DNA of 39,384 nt from Parvularia atlantis. Its lineage: Eukaryota. Both the position numbers and the translations under genes were made by a program. This document shows positions 10,054-22,431 of this stretch, in pieces (positions within the stretch are counted from its first letter, which is position 1; every line of letters begins with the position of its first letter). The notes beneath the pieces were generated by a model. That model was not told the DNA's origin, ran no database searches, and saw only the letters and a list, made by a program, of their open reading frames with translations. The stretch is taken from NCBI GenBank assembly GCA_943704415.1, contig CALSCO010000688.1, forward strand, positions 1 to 39,384, read 5' to 3'.

Positions 10054-11341
10054 ATGCCGGCGGACGTGCTGCGCGTCGTCGCCCGCTCGCGCTGGCGGCG
10101 CTGGCAGGTCGACTGCGCGGGCATGACGTGCAACGTGTTCGCGGTGGGGACGATGTGCCTCGGCTACGTCGTCGTGACCGTGTGGACGATCGTGCCGTGG
10201 CTCGGCTGGACGACGGGCGGCGTGGCGCACCTGCTGCTCGCCCACGTCCTGTTTGGGCTCATGTTCTGGTCGTGGGTCAAGGCCACGTTTGGCGATCCAG
10301 GCACGCCGACGACGCGCACTCTGCGCTCAACTGACAGGGGGTGCGCCGCGCCAGGGTTTGTCGGCCTGCCGCCCGAGGGCGTGTGCCTCTACGACGACCT
10401 GCCGAGCAACAAGGTGCGCGCCATCGCCTGCGCCGCACGCACGGCATGCCCACCCGCGATGCCAGGTGCGCCTGCGCTTCGGCGAGCACGTCACGTTCTG
10501 CGACAAGTGCGAGAACTACAAGCCGCTGCGGTCAGGTGGTGTGCGCGCGCACTGCGGGACGCTCACGCTGCGCACACGCCACGCAGCGCGCACCACTGCT
10601 CCACGTGCCGCCGCTGCGTGCGCCTGATGGACCACCACTGCAGTGCGCGGCGCACGTGCGTGTCCGAGCGAGACCGATGCTGACGCGCCGCGGCGCCCCA
10701 GTTTGGGTCAACAACTGTGTGGGCGAGTACAACCACAAGGCGTTCATGCTGTTCCTGCTCTACACGCACGCCTGCGCGGTCTACACGCTCGCGATGGTCG
10801 CGCTGCGGACATACACGTGCATCACGGGGTCGCTGCGCGCGTGCGCCGCGCAGGCATCGGCCGTGACGATCGTCCTGAGCGCGCTCACGCTGTTCCTCGC
10901 CCTGCTCTTTGCGCTCTTCGTGCTCATCATGGGCTGCGACCAGCTGTGCTCGCTCTGGAAGGATCAGACGTACATCGAGAAGCTCAAGCGCGAGCGCGGC
11001 TTTGACGTCGCCGCCGCCGACATCGCCCCGACCAGCGCCGTCTCCGAGAAGCACAGCGGCGGCAGCCCGGTCCCGCCCGCGTCGCCGTCGCTCGTCGCGC
11101 GATGGGCCGACTACCTCGTGCCGCGCTGGCCGCGGTTCAAGTGCGCGCCGGGACGCGACGTGCGCCGATGCTCACGAATGCCCGCCGCGCCAGACACGTC
11201 TTTGCGCGCGACGAGGAGTTTTCGCTCACGTGGCTGCTGCCGCTCGACACCAACCACCGGCACGACCGCTGGTACGCCGATGTGAGCGAGATTGACGACT
11301 ACACGCGGCCGCCACCGCCGGCGCCGGCTGAAACGTCTTGA
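10054..11341 (+). CDS. DHHC palmitoyltransferase
   Basis: Spliced [48 protein letters not shown], with a DPG motif, four hydrophobic segments and QTYIE. Confidence 0.95.
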
Positions 11342-11401
11342 GAAGGGTCTTCCAATTTTTGCCGTGTTTTGTTGTTGTTGTTGTGCACACTTGCCTGATG
11401 A

Positions 11402-12359
11402 TCACTTGGCCTTTGCGCGCTTGCGCCCGCCTGCGGCGGCCGGCGCGGCTGGTGCAGCAGGCGCGGCGGGCCGGATGCTCTTGTAGCTGGCCTTGACTCG
11501 CCCAACGTCGTAGTCCACGCGCAGCAGCCGCCCGTTGAACGGCGCGCCCTGAAGCTCCATCGCGGCGTCGGCCGCCTCCTGCGTCGCAAACTCAATGTAG
11601 GCAAAGCTGTGCCGTACGTTTTGCACGTGAGCTGCGCGCGCCTGCGCCCCAGCAAGGCTGCGCGCACACCCTTTCGAGCGCTGCGTGCCAGAGTCGAGGC
11701 CGAGGCGCACGGACGCGATCTCGCCGCACGCGCTGAAGGCGTCAGTCAGGCTGTCTTCGGTCGCGTCGTACGGCAGGTTGCCGACGAAGATCGTCGTGCT
11801 CTTGTGCCCGCCCGGCACGGCTGGCGGCGGGCGCGTTCAGCACACAGCGTCAGGCATCCTGGCGCGCCGCACGCACCCGTGCTCTTGAGCGGCGGCGGCG
11901 GCTTGGCGCCGCGCGACATCGATATGTCCAGGTACCGGTCCTTGAGCACCTGCCCGTCAAGCGCGCACGCCGCCTGCGCCTCCTCGATCGTGTCAAAGTC
12001 GACGTGGGCGTAGCCGCGCGGCCGATTTGAGTCGTGGTAGCGCGGCATACGGATGGCGCTGCGCTCACGTCAGCACGGGCGCCTGGCCGAGCACGGCCGC
12101 CGCACCGCACGGGCCCCACGGACGCGAAGAACGCGCGCAGGTCGTTCTCGGACGCCGCGTACGAGATGCCCGAGACGAACACGGACGGCACGCTCGCGTC
12201 GACAGCGTGCTGCTCCTGCTGCGCGCGCGGCCGCTTGCTCGCGGGCTCATCCGCCGGCGCCGACCGCTTCGTCGCGCTTGCTGCCGGCTCGGGCGCGGCC
12301 GCAGCGGCCTCGGCGGCGGCAGCGGCGGCGGCCTTCTTGGCCTTCGACTTTCGAGGCAT
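11402..12359 (-). CDS. Two-RRM nucleolar RNA-binding protein (NSR1/gar2-like)
   Basis: 3 introns. RNP2/RNP1 pairs VFVSGI...RGYAHVDF and IFVGNL...KGFAYIEF, with basic N- and C-termini. Confidence 0.85.
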
Positions 12360-12447
12360 CGTGGCCTGTCACGAAGCTGAGCGGCTCGTGTGCGTTTACG
12401 AAACTGCAAGTGTGGCTGCGTGTCGCACTTTTCTGAGCGCTGGCGAT

Positions 12448-15400
12448 ATGCAGTCTGTCTTGAACGCGCTGAGCGGCCTGGTGTTCGGCGGCGACTCTGG
12501 CGACGGCGGTGCGCTCACGGGCAGTCTTCACGAGCGTGTGCCGGCGGCGCGCAGCTTCCGGCAGACGTGCGTCGCGCGGCCGGCGCTGGCCAATCCGCTG
12601 GCCAACCTGTCGCACCCAGCTACCTCACGGCGACGGCCGAGGTGGGCAAGACGACGACCGCGCACCAGTCCACGCTCAACATCATGCGCAGCGAGGACGA
12701 GGACACGGACGACGACGGTGCGCGCGCACGCACTTTGCACGCGCGTGACGTGGCTGACCGGCATTCGCGCGTGCACAAAGACATCGAGCGCTCGTTCCTG
12801 ATCGACGAGAGCATGAACGTCTACGCCGAGAAGACCGACGACGGCAACATCGCGCTCTTCTTCCGCGGCAAGCTGCCCAACGTGCGTGCGCGACACCTTG
12901 CGGCGCACCTCCGCTGACCGCTTGCAGGACGCCGTGGCCGAGTACTACTTTGAGGTCGAGCCAGGCAAGGTTGGCAAGCTCGAGGCGCTCGAGCGGAACG
13001 TGCTGCGGGCCGTCTACGAACGCAAGTACGGCCGTGACGCGACCGGCGTCGCTGTCGCCGAGCTCGAGCGCCTGCGCGGGTGCGCGCAAGCCGGCTGCCG
13101 GCCCAGCCCAGTGCTGATGACGTTGTCGCCAGCTCGCGCTCGCGCCCGATGGTCCCGCTCGGCACGCCCGTGGCCAAGCCCGCGGCCAAAGCGACCTCAG
13201 CCACGAGCACGCCCGCATCCGCCGGCAGCAGCCGGGCCGCGCCGCATACGACCGGCCCGGTGCCGAAGATGGGCTCGCTCGACGACGACGGTGCGCGGCG
13301 CACGGCTGCCCGCCCGGGCGACGGTGCTGAGCGTGCGCGTGCAGCCGCGGGCATGTATACGCTGGTCTCGAGCGCGGCCGTGAAGCTGCTCCGCTTCGAC
13401 GGTGGCGCGCTCCAGTACGTGCCCGTCAGCAGCAACGCGACCATCGCCGTGCACAAGCTCAACACGGGCAACTTTGACTGTGCGCGCCTCGCGCGGCCTG
13501 CGTGCGACGCATGTGCGACTCACGCGGCCGTGCACAGTCAAACTGTCGATCACCGTCGACGGCAACAAGATCGAGGCCCCGCTAGACAGCCAGATGGTCG
13601 TCAAGTTCCCGAGGGTGCGCAGCCCGTTCGCAAGGTGTGCGCTGCCCAGCTCACGCGCGCACGAGCGCAGAGCGCGACCGTGGAGATGTCGCTTGCGATT
13701 TTCCGTACGTGGACGCGGCCGCGCTGGTGGCTCAGGGCTGAGCATCGGCGCACGCGCAGCCAATGCATACGGCGTCAAGTTCAAGAACGCGGACGAGCGC
13801 GCGGCCTTTGCAAAGGCGGTCATGAAGGCCTGGATGGAGCATGCACGCCACGAGACCGTCCCCGTGCGTACCGTGCCACAAGTGCGCGCGTACGAGGCAG
13901 GCCTGACCGCGTTCGCCAGGACGACGATTGCCGGATGTACCTGCCGCGCGGTGCGTGCCGCTGCCCCGCGCGCGCGGTGCAGTGGCTGAGCGTCGTGCTG
14001 CCGCAGCGATCGACGAGGACGAGGACGGCGAGCAGGCCGCCGATGACGACAACGAGGACGTGGACGAAGAGGAGGAGCAGGAGGAGGACCGCCGACGCAT
14101 CCGACAGGGCACGCGGAGGGTGCGGTGTTGCTGCGCCCGTGCGTGTGCGGTGACATCGCACTTACGCTGCGCTGGCGCAGGATGACGGCGAGAGCGATTA
14201 TTCGACCGGACGCGCGGGCCAGGACGAGTTCAAGCGCGCCGGCGCCGAGCACAACAGCCAGCTGGCCGTGGGTGCCAGCCGCACCGAGCGCGTGTTTGTC
14301 ATGCGCGGCAACATGGTGCGCTGCTTCCGTCGCCTTTCGGCCGCCGCTGACTCGTTCGCAGATGGGCTTGTTCCGCGCCAACGCGGACAACGAGCTGCAG
14401 TTTGAGCTGACGCGCAAGGACCTCAAGGCGCGCGACGGCTCGCCACTGAAGCCGGTCAAGGTGCAACCGCGGCGGGGGTGGCTGTGCGCGGCTGACCGGC
14501 CGTCGCGACCAGGTCATGATGCACCAGCAGGACGCGTCGATGCTCGCCGTGAACTCGCACGACCAGCGCCAGATCAGCCGCATCGACATGGAGACGGGCA
14601 AGGTCGTCGAGGAATACGTGCGTGCCGGTGCCAGTCGACAGTGCCGGGCGCCCCGCGCTGACGCCGCTGCCGCTGTCGCAGTCGGCCGGCGAGTCGAGCG
14701 TGGTCGACATCGCGCCCGTCGAGCGGTTTGCCCAGGCGACGAACGAGCGCACGTTTTCGGCCATCTCCGGCAAGGCCCTGTTCAAGATTGACCCACTGCA
14801 GGCCTCGGGCGGCAAAGTGCAGGACGGCTCGCTGTGCGCGACCGCGCGTGTGCACGCTGTGCCGGCGCGCACGCTGACGACGCCGCGCTGCAGCAAGGCG
14901 TACTCGTCCAACATGGGCTTTACGTCGCTCGCGACGACGAGTGCGGGCGAGGTCGTCATCGGCGACACGAAGGGCCAGCTGCGCCTGTTTAACAAGTACG
15001 CGACGAACGCCAAGACTCAGCTGCCGGGCTTTGGCGGTGCGTGCGTGTGGGTGTGGTGCGGACGACAACGTCTCGCTGATCACGCCCTTACCGGCAGACG
15101 CGATCCTCGGCGTCGACGTCTCGGCCGACGGCAAGTGGATCCTGGCCACGTGCGCCACATACATCTTGCTCTTCCCGGCCGAGCACCCGGAGGAACCCCA
15201 GAAGACGGGCTTCAGCAAGCCGCTTGGCGTGCACAAGGTACGGCGCCCGCGTCCGCGTCCGGCGAGCAACCGCTAACCGTGCCGCAGCCGCGCCCGATCC
15301 GCCTCGAGCTGACGCCGGAGCACAAGATCAAGCTGGGCAGCGACAAGGCGCGCTGCCCGCCGTGCCCGGAGGGGGGGGGGCGGGCGCTGCTTGCATCTGA

Positions 15401-15805
15401 TCACGCGCCGCGCGCGCCACGCAGGTGTCGTTCACGCCCGCGCGCTTCGACAAGACGGCGAACGGCCTTGAGCGCTCGATCGTGACGAGGTGCGCGCTGG
15501 GTTGAGCGGGCATGCGCGGCGCAGGCCTGACCGTTCTGGGCAGCACCGGCCCGCACGTGATTACCTGGAACTTCCGCCAGGTCAAACAGGGCAACGTCGA
15601 CCGGTACCGCATCCACACCCACGCCGACAGCGTCGTGCAGAGCCAGTTCCTGTACGGCCAGTCGCGCGCGGTCGCCGTGGCGCTGCCCGATGACGTCTCG
15701 CTCGATGAGGTCAAGCAGTTCTCGCTCGCGCCGAACGTGTACGCGCGCGGCCGCGCGAGCATGGGCGGCCGCACGCGCGACGACATCGTCAACTCGCCGC
15801 ATTGA
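12448..15805 (+). CDS. VID27: Vacuolar import and degradation protein 27 (VID27/CYPRO4 beta-propeller)
   Basis: About 18 introns. Motifs [90 protein letters not shown]. Confidence 0.9.
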
Positions 15806-15889
15806 GGGATGATCGCTGTGTGCGTCCGTGTGCGTGCGTGCTGTGAAGTGTGCGGAAGATTCCTTGTCAATCGCATCGTGGCACGTGCG

Positions 15890-17817
15890 ATGCCGCCGCC
15901 ACGCCGATCGTGGGTGCGCGTCGCGGCCGTGTTCTGCGGCTTCGCGCTCGTCTGCAACTTTGTCCCGTCCGAGCCCTTCCTCACGCCGTACCTGCTCGAC
16001 GACAAGCACTTTACCGAGGACGAGCTCAACAACCAGATCTACGCCGTGTGCGTGCGCAAGCCCGGATGCGCGCGCGCGCGCGCCATTGACCGGCGCGGCC
16101 GGCCGCCCAGCTCCACCTATGCCTTCACGGCGTTCCTGCTCGTCGTCGGGCCCGTCGCCGAGCTCGTCGGCTACAAGGCGCTCGTCGTGGGCAACGCGGC
16201 CTCGCACGTCGTCACGCGGCTCATGCTGATCTGGGGCACGGTGCGCGCCGCCGAGGGGCCGCATCGGGCCTCACGCCCGCCGCCGCCGCCGGCGCGCAGA
16301 CCATCGGCGCCATGCAGTTCATGCAGGTCACGTACGGCCTCGCCATGGCCTGCGAGGTCGTCTACTTTGCCTTTGTCTACAAGCTCGTGGACGAGGCGCA
16401 CTTCCAGCGGCTGGTGCGCACACGCGTGACGATCGCCCGCGTGACGCCGCCGGCCGCGCAGACAAGCCTCACGCGCGCGGCCACGCTGCTCAGTCGCGTG
16501 TTCTCGGGCGTGCTCGGTGCCGCTCGGCACTTGCTGGCAGCGCGCGCGCGGCGCCCTCTGACTTGATCCGCGCAGCCCAGGTGCTCGTGACGTTTGCCGG
16601 CGTGCCCCTCGTCACGCTGTTCTACGTCTCGTTCGCCTCGAGCTGCATCGCCCTCGTCCAGTCGCTGTGGTTCCCCGGGAGCGACCCTGTGCTGTTCGGT
16701 GCGCGCGCGTGCGGCTGCCGTGCTTCTGTGCAGCTCACACGAGACGCGCGGCCGGCAGCCAAGGCCGACACACCCACCGACGCGCGCGCGGGCCGCCTGG
16801 GCGCCGCGCTCGCCGAGATCTGCCGCCAGACGGTGGAGGGCGCGGCGTACGTGCGCAAGACATACGGCGACGGGACGCTGCTGTGGCTCTCGCTGCTGTG
16901 GTGCACGGCGCAGTGCGCGATCCTCGCGATTGAGGGCTACGCGTCGTCGCTCTGGTGCGCGGGCCTGCGCAGGCACCCAAAGCGCGCAGTCTGACCGGCC
17001 GTGTGCGTGCAGGTATGAGGTCGACCCGGCGGTCGAGTACAACGGCTTTGTTGACTCGGCTGCGCGCATGTTTGGCGCGGCGGGCGCGTTCCTGCCGGCT
17101 GTGCTCAACCTACAGTCGCACGTGCGTCCCGGGCCATGCGCCACGCACGCACGGCTGCTCACGCGCCGCCGCAGAAGGGCATCCCGGGTGTGCTCACCGT
17201 GCTCTCGTGCACGCTCGCGGCCGCGCTCGTCGTCGCGATGTCGTTTGCCAACAGCATCTGGGTGTGCTACGTCGGCTACATCGGCTTCGAGGGCCTCATG
17301 TACTTCATGACGGCGATCATCGCCGTGCAGATCGCCTCGTGGTGCGCGCTGCCTGCGCGTGTGCGCATCGCCGCCTTGACACGCGCGCGCGGCAGCATCG
17401 CGGACGACCGCTTCGCGTTCGTCTTTGGCCTCAACATGTTTTTTGCGGCGGGCATGTTCACGTTGATGCAGATCGTCGTGTCATCGCTCGGCATGACCAT
17501 CACCGCGCGCTTCCACGTCTACAGCGTGCGTCTTTGCGTGCTGGCGACGCGCGATACAGTGGCTGACGCACGCGGGTGGGCAGGGCTACATTGTCGCCGT
17601 CGTCATCATCGCCGTCATCGCCGCCTGGCGCGCCTTCGCCGTTGCCACCGCGGCCTACCCGATCGACTTTCACGCGCTCGGCAGCGGCAGCGTCGGCGCC
17701 GGCACCGACACGCTCATGTCGGCCAGCTCGGACGAGCTTGACGAGTTTCTCGACGACGGCGACGGCGGCCTGGGCGAGGCCGAGATGGTGGCGCTGCGCA
17801 TGGGCATTATCAGGTAG
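15890..17817 (+). CDS. SLC19-family reduced folate/thiamine transporter
   Basis: About 9 introns. Motifs PSEPFLTPYL, MQFMQVTYGLAMACEVVYFAFVY, YNGFVDS, QIASCIADDRFAFVFGLNMF; many TM helices. TAG 17815-17817. Confidence 0.9.
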
Positions 17818-18234
17818 CCTCTGCCAGTGCGCGTGAGCGAGTGAGCCTGAGCACAACAAAAGCTTTGGCATGTGAGTTGCATCGAGAAAAAAACACAGCC
17901 TGCGTCACAGAACGCGGCTAAGAACGCGGCGTCTGACGACCTGCGCACGCTGTCCCTGCAGCCTTTACCTGGCGTACACCCCCCCGGGGCCAGCATACAT
18001 AGTGGCCGAGGGAGCTGGCTGGAGAGAAGAATCAGCCATCGCATGCAACTTGAATATGCCGCGCAACCTAGTAGTAGTACAACAGCGTGGGCGCAGGCTA
18101 CCCAAACAGCGCCGGCGAGGTAAACGAACAGGAGAATCGTCGCCGTGACTCGGTCAAGTGCGTGCATTCGGCAACAGCGGCGGCAGCGACCAAACAACAG
18201 GCGCCTAACTTGAGGGCCCAGCGCCGACGATATC

Positions 18235-18788
18235 ATGACAGCCGCACCGTCCACGCCACAACCCGTCGTCGGCCGCGCCGTCCTCTGCTTCGTCCCGCGT
18301 GCGCCGCCGGCCGCGGCGTGGTTCCAGGTGCGCCGTGTACGCAGCGGGTGGTTTGCGCGCAAGAGTGATGCGCGGCGCAGGGCCACGTTGTGCTGCGCGG
18401 CGGCGGGCGGGCGCTGGGCCTGCTGGGCGAGCAGGTGGCGCCGCCGTCGTCGGTGGCCGTGCACGAGTGCTGCTACCCGCACGGCCCGCCCGAGTTCTAC
18501 GACGTGACGGTGGTGGACCACGGGCGCGGCGCGGACGTGCGGCTGGAGGGCGTCGAGAAGGGCGTGGGGCTGCTGGGGCCGATGCAGGGCGCGCGGCTGC
18601 GCTGGGCACCGGACGGGCTGCTGCTGGACGCGGAGGCGGCCGAGGCGGTGGCGCGCTTCTTCCCGGGTGTGGTCTTCACGCCGTCGGTGCACGTGGCCGT
18701 GGGCGAGCTCGAGCTGAACATGTCGGACGAGAGCGTCAGTACTGACGACGACGCCGCGACAGCACACGTGCATTGCCATCATCTGTGA
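18235..18788 (+). CDS. Hypothetical protein (orphan), one intron ~18328-18380
   Basis: ATG at 18235 and a GTGCGC...CGCAG intron join MTAAPS...AAWFQ to GHVVLRGG...HCHHL*. Strong GC3 periodicity in exon 2. No recognisable domain; start uncertain. Confidence 0.55.
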
Positions 18789-18815
18789 TCGTTGTACAGG
18801 CACGCCAAGGCTCTC

Positions 18816-21800
18816 TCAGCGGCGCGCGGGCACGCTACGGCTCTCGCGCTGCATCAGCTTGAGCAGCTGCGAGCGCACTGCGCCGACCGTGAGCACGTCG
18901 GCCTCGCCCACGAGGATGTCGGTCGTGGCGGTCGCCGGCGCCGCATTGCCGCTCTTGAGCAGCGCGAGCAGGTCGTAGATGCTGTAGTTGCGCGGGACGA
19001 CCTGCGGCGAGGGCCTGAGCGCCGCCCAAGAGCGGGGCCCCCAGGCGCGCGCACCTCCCACAGCCGCTCGAGCAGCTCGCGGTTGGTCGGGTTGTGCTCG
19101 AGCACGGTGGCAAAGACCGTGTGGAACAGCTCGACCTGCTGCACGACGTCGTTGGAGGCGCTCGCGTCCTGCGCCTGGCGTGGCTGTCAGGCGGGGGGCC
19201 GACACGGAGCACGCAGCGTCGCACCTGCGCGATGGCCTCGTCCCACCGGCGCAGGCTGAGCAGGAAGCGCACCGCGGCGGGCGCCTCGTTCAGGGTCACG
19301 AGCAGCGCAGTGAGGGCGCGCACGCTCGCGTCGGGCTGTGGCCACGCGAGCACCGCGGTCGGGTTGGCCGGCATGGCGGCCTGCAACGCGCGCTGGCGGA
19401 AGCCCTCGAGGATGCGCGACGAGTCGCGGCGCCAAAGGCGCGTGTTGTTGGCGTTGCGCGCGTTGCCCGCCTTGGTGCGGATGCTCAACGACTGGGCGCA
19501 AGCGCGAAAACGTCGCTCAGGGGTCGGTACACCGCCAGCAGGCGCGCACGCACGCACTTTGAGCGCTGCCGCATGCGCAAACGTGACGAGCTTGCACAGC
19601 TGCGCCGGAAGCAGCCGCACGAGCAGGGCGCACAGCGCCTCAAACAGCAGCAGACGCGGCGAGCGCATGCCGCGGCCCTTGACGGCGACCTCCTGCAGCG
19701 ACTCCTCGCGGAAAAAGTGGTCCAGCATGACGAGGTCGTCGCCGTCCGGCAGGTCGGCGTCATCTGGCGCGGCGTACAGTACGTGTCAGCAGCCGCGGCA
19801 GCAGCAGTGAGCCGGCCCCGAACCGAGCTCGCCCAGCGACAAGAACGCCATCAGCTCAGGCAGCACAAGCTCGGGCAGGTCCAGCACAAACGTCTCGAAG
19901 CGGCTGCGATCTGCGCGCCGCCACGGCGCCGTCATCAGTGACCCGCCCGGCCGCGTGTGCTGAGCGGAAGCTTGCACCCTCGCACGTCTCTGTCGGCGTC
20001 TTCGACTGGCGGAAGCGCGAGGCGCCGCGCTGCAGGATCGCGCGCAGCTCGCCGAGCGTGTCGCCGCGCAGGATCATGCTGGCCTCGCCCTGCGCCGACG
20101 GCTGCGCGGACGGCTGCGTAGGCGTCGCGGACGCCTCGGCCCCGCCCGGCGACGCGGCGGGCTCCTCACGCTCGCTGAACGCCGCGACCATCACCGGCAG
20201 GGCCGCGTCCTCGTCCTCCTCGAGCGTGCGCAGATACTCTTCCACGATCGCTGCGATGCGTCAGAGGCGCGCACGTCGTGTGCAACGGCACTACGCACGC
20301 TTCAGCTGCTTGTTGAGCGGCGTCTGGACGCGGAACGCGCGGAAGGCGGCGCTCATGGGCTCGGTGCCGTTCGCAAGCTCGAGCGTGCGAGACGGCAGAT
20401 CGTCGTCGGCCGCGTGCTCGCGCGGCTGCCCGTCAAAGTCCTCCAGGAAGAGCGACAGGTGCGAGCGCAGGTACCGCCGCTGCGACGGGAAGTTGCCGAG
20501 CAGCGCGACGGCCAGGGCGGGGCTCTGCACGAGCTCGCGGCGCAGCAGGTCGCGCGCAGCCGCGATCGCCGCCTGGTTGCCGGTGGACGAGATGAGCGGC
20601 GACGCCTGTGCGAGCCGCTCAGTGCGCCGCACGCCGCAGCACCTGCGCGTGCGTGCCTGGAAGCTACTCAGCAGGAACGCCGCGTCGAGGATCTGGCGCG
20701 CGTGGTGGCGGTGCAGCGACCTGCGGCGCGCGCGCGTGACGGTCAGCCATACGTCCGCCTCCCACGCGCACGAGCACCGAACCACAGCTCTGCGGGCGCG
20801 TCGGGCGGCGCAACAACGTCCACGACGCGGTTGTGCTGCGCGGGGCGGAAGCGTGTAAGCACAACGCCGGCCCCGTCCGCTGAGCGCGCGGCACCTGGAA
20901 CTGCATAATGCCACGCGCGCCCCACAGGCCGACCTGCGCCGCGGGGCCGTACGTCGCCCAGGCCTCGGGCAGCTCCGGTCCGAGCTCGGTCGGGTGCGGC
21001 ATCACACCCACCAGACGCCCCGTGGTGACGGCGTAGACACTGGTGACGCGTGTGAGCAACGTAGTCGGCGCACATCGACGCCACGCACAACGACGCGCGC
21101 GCGTCCACCACGATCAGGCTCAGCCGGTGGTACAGTAGGCGCACAGGTCCCTCCGGCGCGCCGCTGCTGGTCGCGCCGTCGAGCCGCGCGAGCACGCGCG
21201 TGTGTACGGTGTTGCCTATGAAGGCGCAGACCGACACCGTCCGGCCTGTGTCCAGCACGAGCAGCTCACGTGTGACCGGGTGCACGGCGTACGCGGCCAC
21301 GCGCGGCAGCGGGCCGGTCGCCGCGCCCTCGGCCGGGTGGTGGCGACCCCAGACCATCGACAGCACCGGACTGTTGGCCTCGTGCGCCCAGAAGTAGCAC
21401 AGATCCTCGCCGAGCGCGCCGGCGGGCGCCCCGGGTGCGTCCAGCGGGGCGCACGTCGCCGGCATGAACGCGAGGCCACCGTCGATGCTGAGCAGGCGCA
21501 CGGGCGCGACGCCGCGGAGGAGCACGCGCAGAGCCACGGCGGCCCAGACGAGGCTGAGCTGCTCCTGCGCGTTCTCCTGCACGAGCAGCGGGATCACGCT
21601 CACATCGCACGCGTCCGCGCCGCGCTTGTCGGCGTAGACCTCAGTGAAGACGAGCACGGCGGCGTCGGGCGTGCCGCTGCGCTCGAGGATGGCGTCGCGC
21701 ATGCGCACGGCGTGCTCGAGCGGGATGCGGTCGCGCAGCGTGCGCAGCCACACCGACCGCCGCCGGCTAAACAGCCAGCCCTCGAGCGCGCCGTTCTCGC

Positions 21801-22398
21801 GCACGACCCACGCGTGCACCGCGCCGGCCATGCGTGCGGCCGCGCCGACGCTGCCGGGCGCCGCGGCGCCGGTGGACGGTGCCGGGCCGCCCGGCGTGAT
21901 GCCGCCGCCGGCGCCCGACCCGCTGCTGCCGCCGCCGCCTCCACCGCCTCCGCCGTCTGCTGCCGCCGCGGCGCTGTTGACCGGCTCGGGCAGCAGGCCC
22001 TGGCCGACGAGCACCTGCACGACGGGCGCGGGCTGGGTGCTGAGCAGCAGGCTGTCGGCCAGCGGCGCGCTCTCGCTCGGCCCGGCCGCGCTGAGCAGCT
22101 GCACCGTGAGCGCGTTCATGGCGGCCTCGACGCCGCCCGCCGCTGCTGCTGCTGCCGCCGCCGCCGCCGTCCCGCTGGCCGCCGCGCCCAACGCTGCCGT
22201 CGCCGCCGCCGCTGCTGGCACGACGTCGAACGCGACGAGGGTCGTCCCGCCCTGGCGCAGCGCGACAAACACGTGGCCCGGCGCGGCCCACACGCGCGCC
22301 ACGCCCGCGGCCGGCCCCGCCGCGAACAGCGCGCCGAGCGCGGCGCCGCCCCGCAGCACGGCCGGCGCGGCGCCCTCGAGCGGCGCGAGGCGCAGCAT
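18816..22398 (-). CDS. HPS6: HPS6-like BLOC-2 complex subunit
   Basis: Segments colinear with human HPS6 as recalled: WVVRENGALEGW ~ LVWESGLAEVW; VLLRGVAPVRLL ~ VLLHHCPAFGLL; LFEALCALLVRLLPAQL ~ LFELLCQCLCQLEPRWL; RRWDEAI ~ EQWDRAL; VLTVGAVRSQL ~ PLTVGLLKALL. About 10 introns after a ~1.3 kb first exon. Confidence 0.72.
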
Positions 22399-22431
22399 CA
22401 ACGGTCACGGTAGATCGATCTGTGCGCAAGG

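Noticed and set aside
17963..17973. TTTACCTGGC resembling the U1 snRNA 5' end
   Set aside because: No U1 stem-loops, U1-70K/U1A loops or Sm site follow.
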